Shown here: piece after piece, positions 63,730-64,000 of the stretch
Layout: each line of letters starts with the position of its first letter
Numbering within the stretch: the first letter of the stretch is position 1
DNA from: Octopus bimaculoides
Lineage: Eukaryota
Assembly: GCF_001194135.2 (NCBI RefSeq)
Contig: NC_068990.1
Location: 92,734,561-92,798,560 of the forward strand
DNA length: 64,000 bases
Reading direction: 5' to 3'
Notes under the pieces: model-generated
What the model saw: only the letters and a program-made list of their open reading frames with translations
Databases searched by the model: none
Told to the model about the DNA's origin: nothing
Position numbers and translations under genes: made by a program

Positions 63730-64000
63730 TTATTATTAATAAAGAGAATGAATGGGAGAAAGAGAGCCTGCCTTATGTCGACCCAATAGAGGGACCAGCT
63801 ATCCGAGTTGATAGTACCAGGGTAGATAAAGCAATTAAGAGTATGAAGACCGGGAAAGCCCCCGGCCCATCAGGAATCACTGCAGAGATGCTCAAAATAT
63901 CTGGCAGTGTTGGCTATAGCCTAGTCACCCGTATTACGAACCAGGTGATACACGAAGGAGTCATACCCTATGACTGGTGTAGCAGCATCATAGTCAACTG
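63730..64000 (+). mobile_element. RTE LINE RT fragment running off the window end
   Basis: VDKAIKSMKTGKAPGPSGITAEMLKISG...QVIHEGVIPYDWCSSIIV. Confidence 0.88.

Overview
AT-rich, microsatellite- and retroelement-dense animal genomic DNA from a gapped draft assembly. The SINE/RTE repertoire looks like a coleoid cephalopod such as Octopus (inference from repeat recognition only). Five protein-coding loci were reconstructed by hand with splice phases checked. (1,2) Two intronless VRK-family kinase genes lie in convergent, inverted orientation (3762-4832 +, 11669-12733 -); they are a mosaic of near-identical and highly diverged segments. (3) A complete 11-exon CHID1 gene (+, 19861-29029, 388 aa). 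(4) An unrecognised minus-strand gene (about 30337-37778) ending in a CaaX box (CVLM), possibly starting with a myristoylation motif (MGNKKT), with an in-frame TAG that either lies in an 87-nt intron or needs recoding. (5) A complete 7-exon PIGW gene (-, 43688-56903, 496 aa). The rest is RTE, CRE-like and R4/Dong-like non-LTR retrotransposon fragments, Tc1/mariner remnants, MITEs, tRNA-derived SINEs and simple repeats. The leading candidates for new biology are the paired VRK retrogene-like kinases, the possibly doubly lipidated orphan protein, and a splice-acceptor minisatellite in CHID1.
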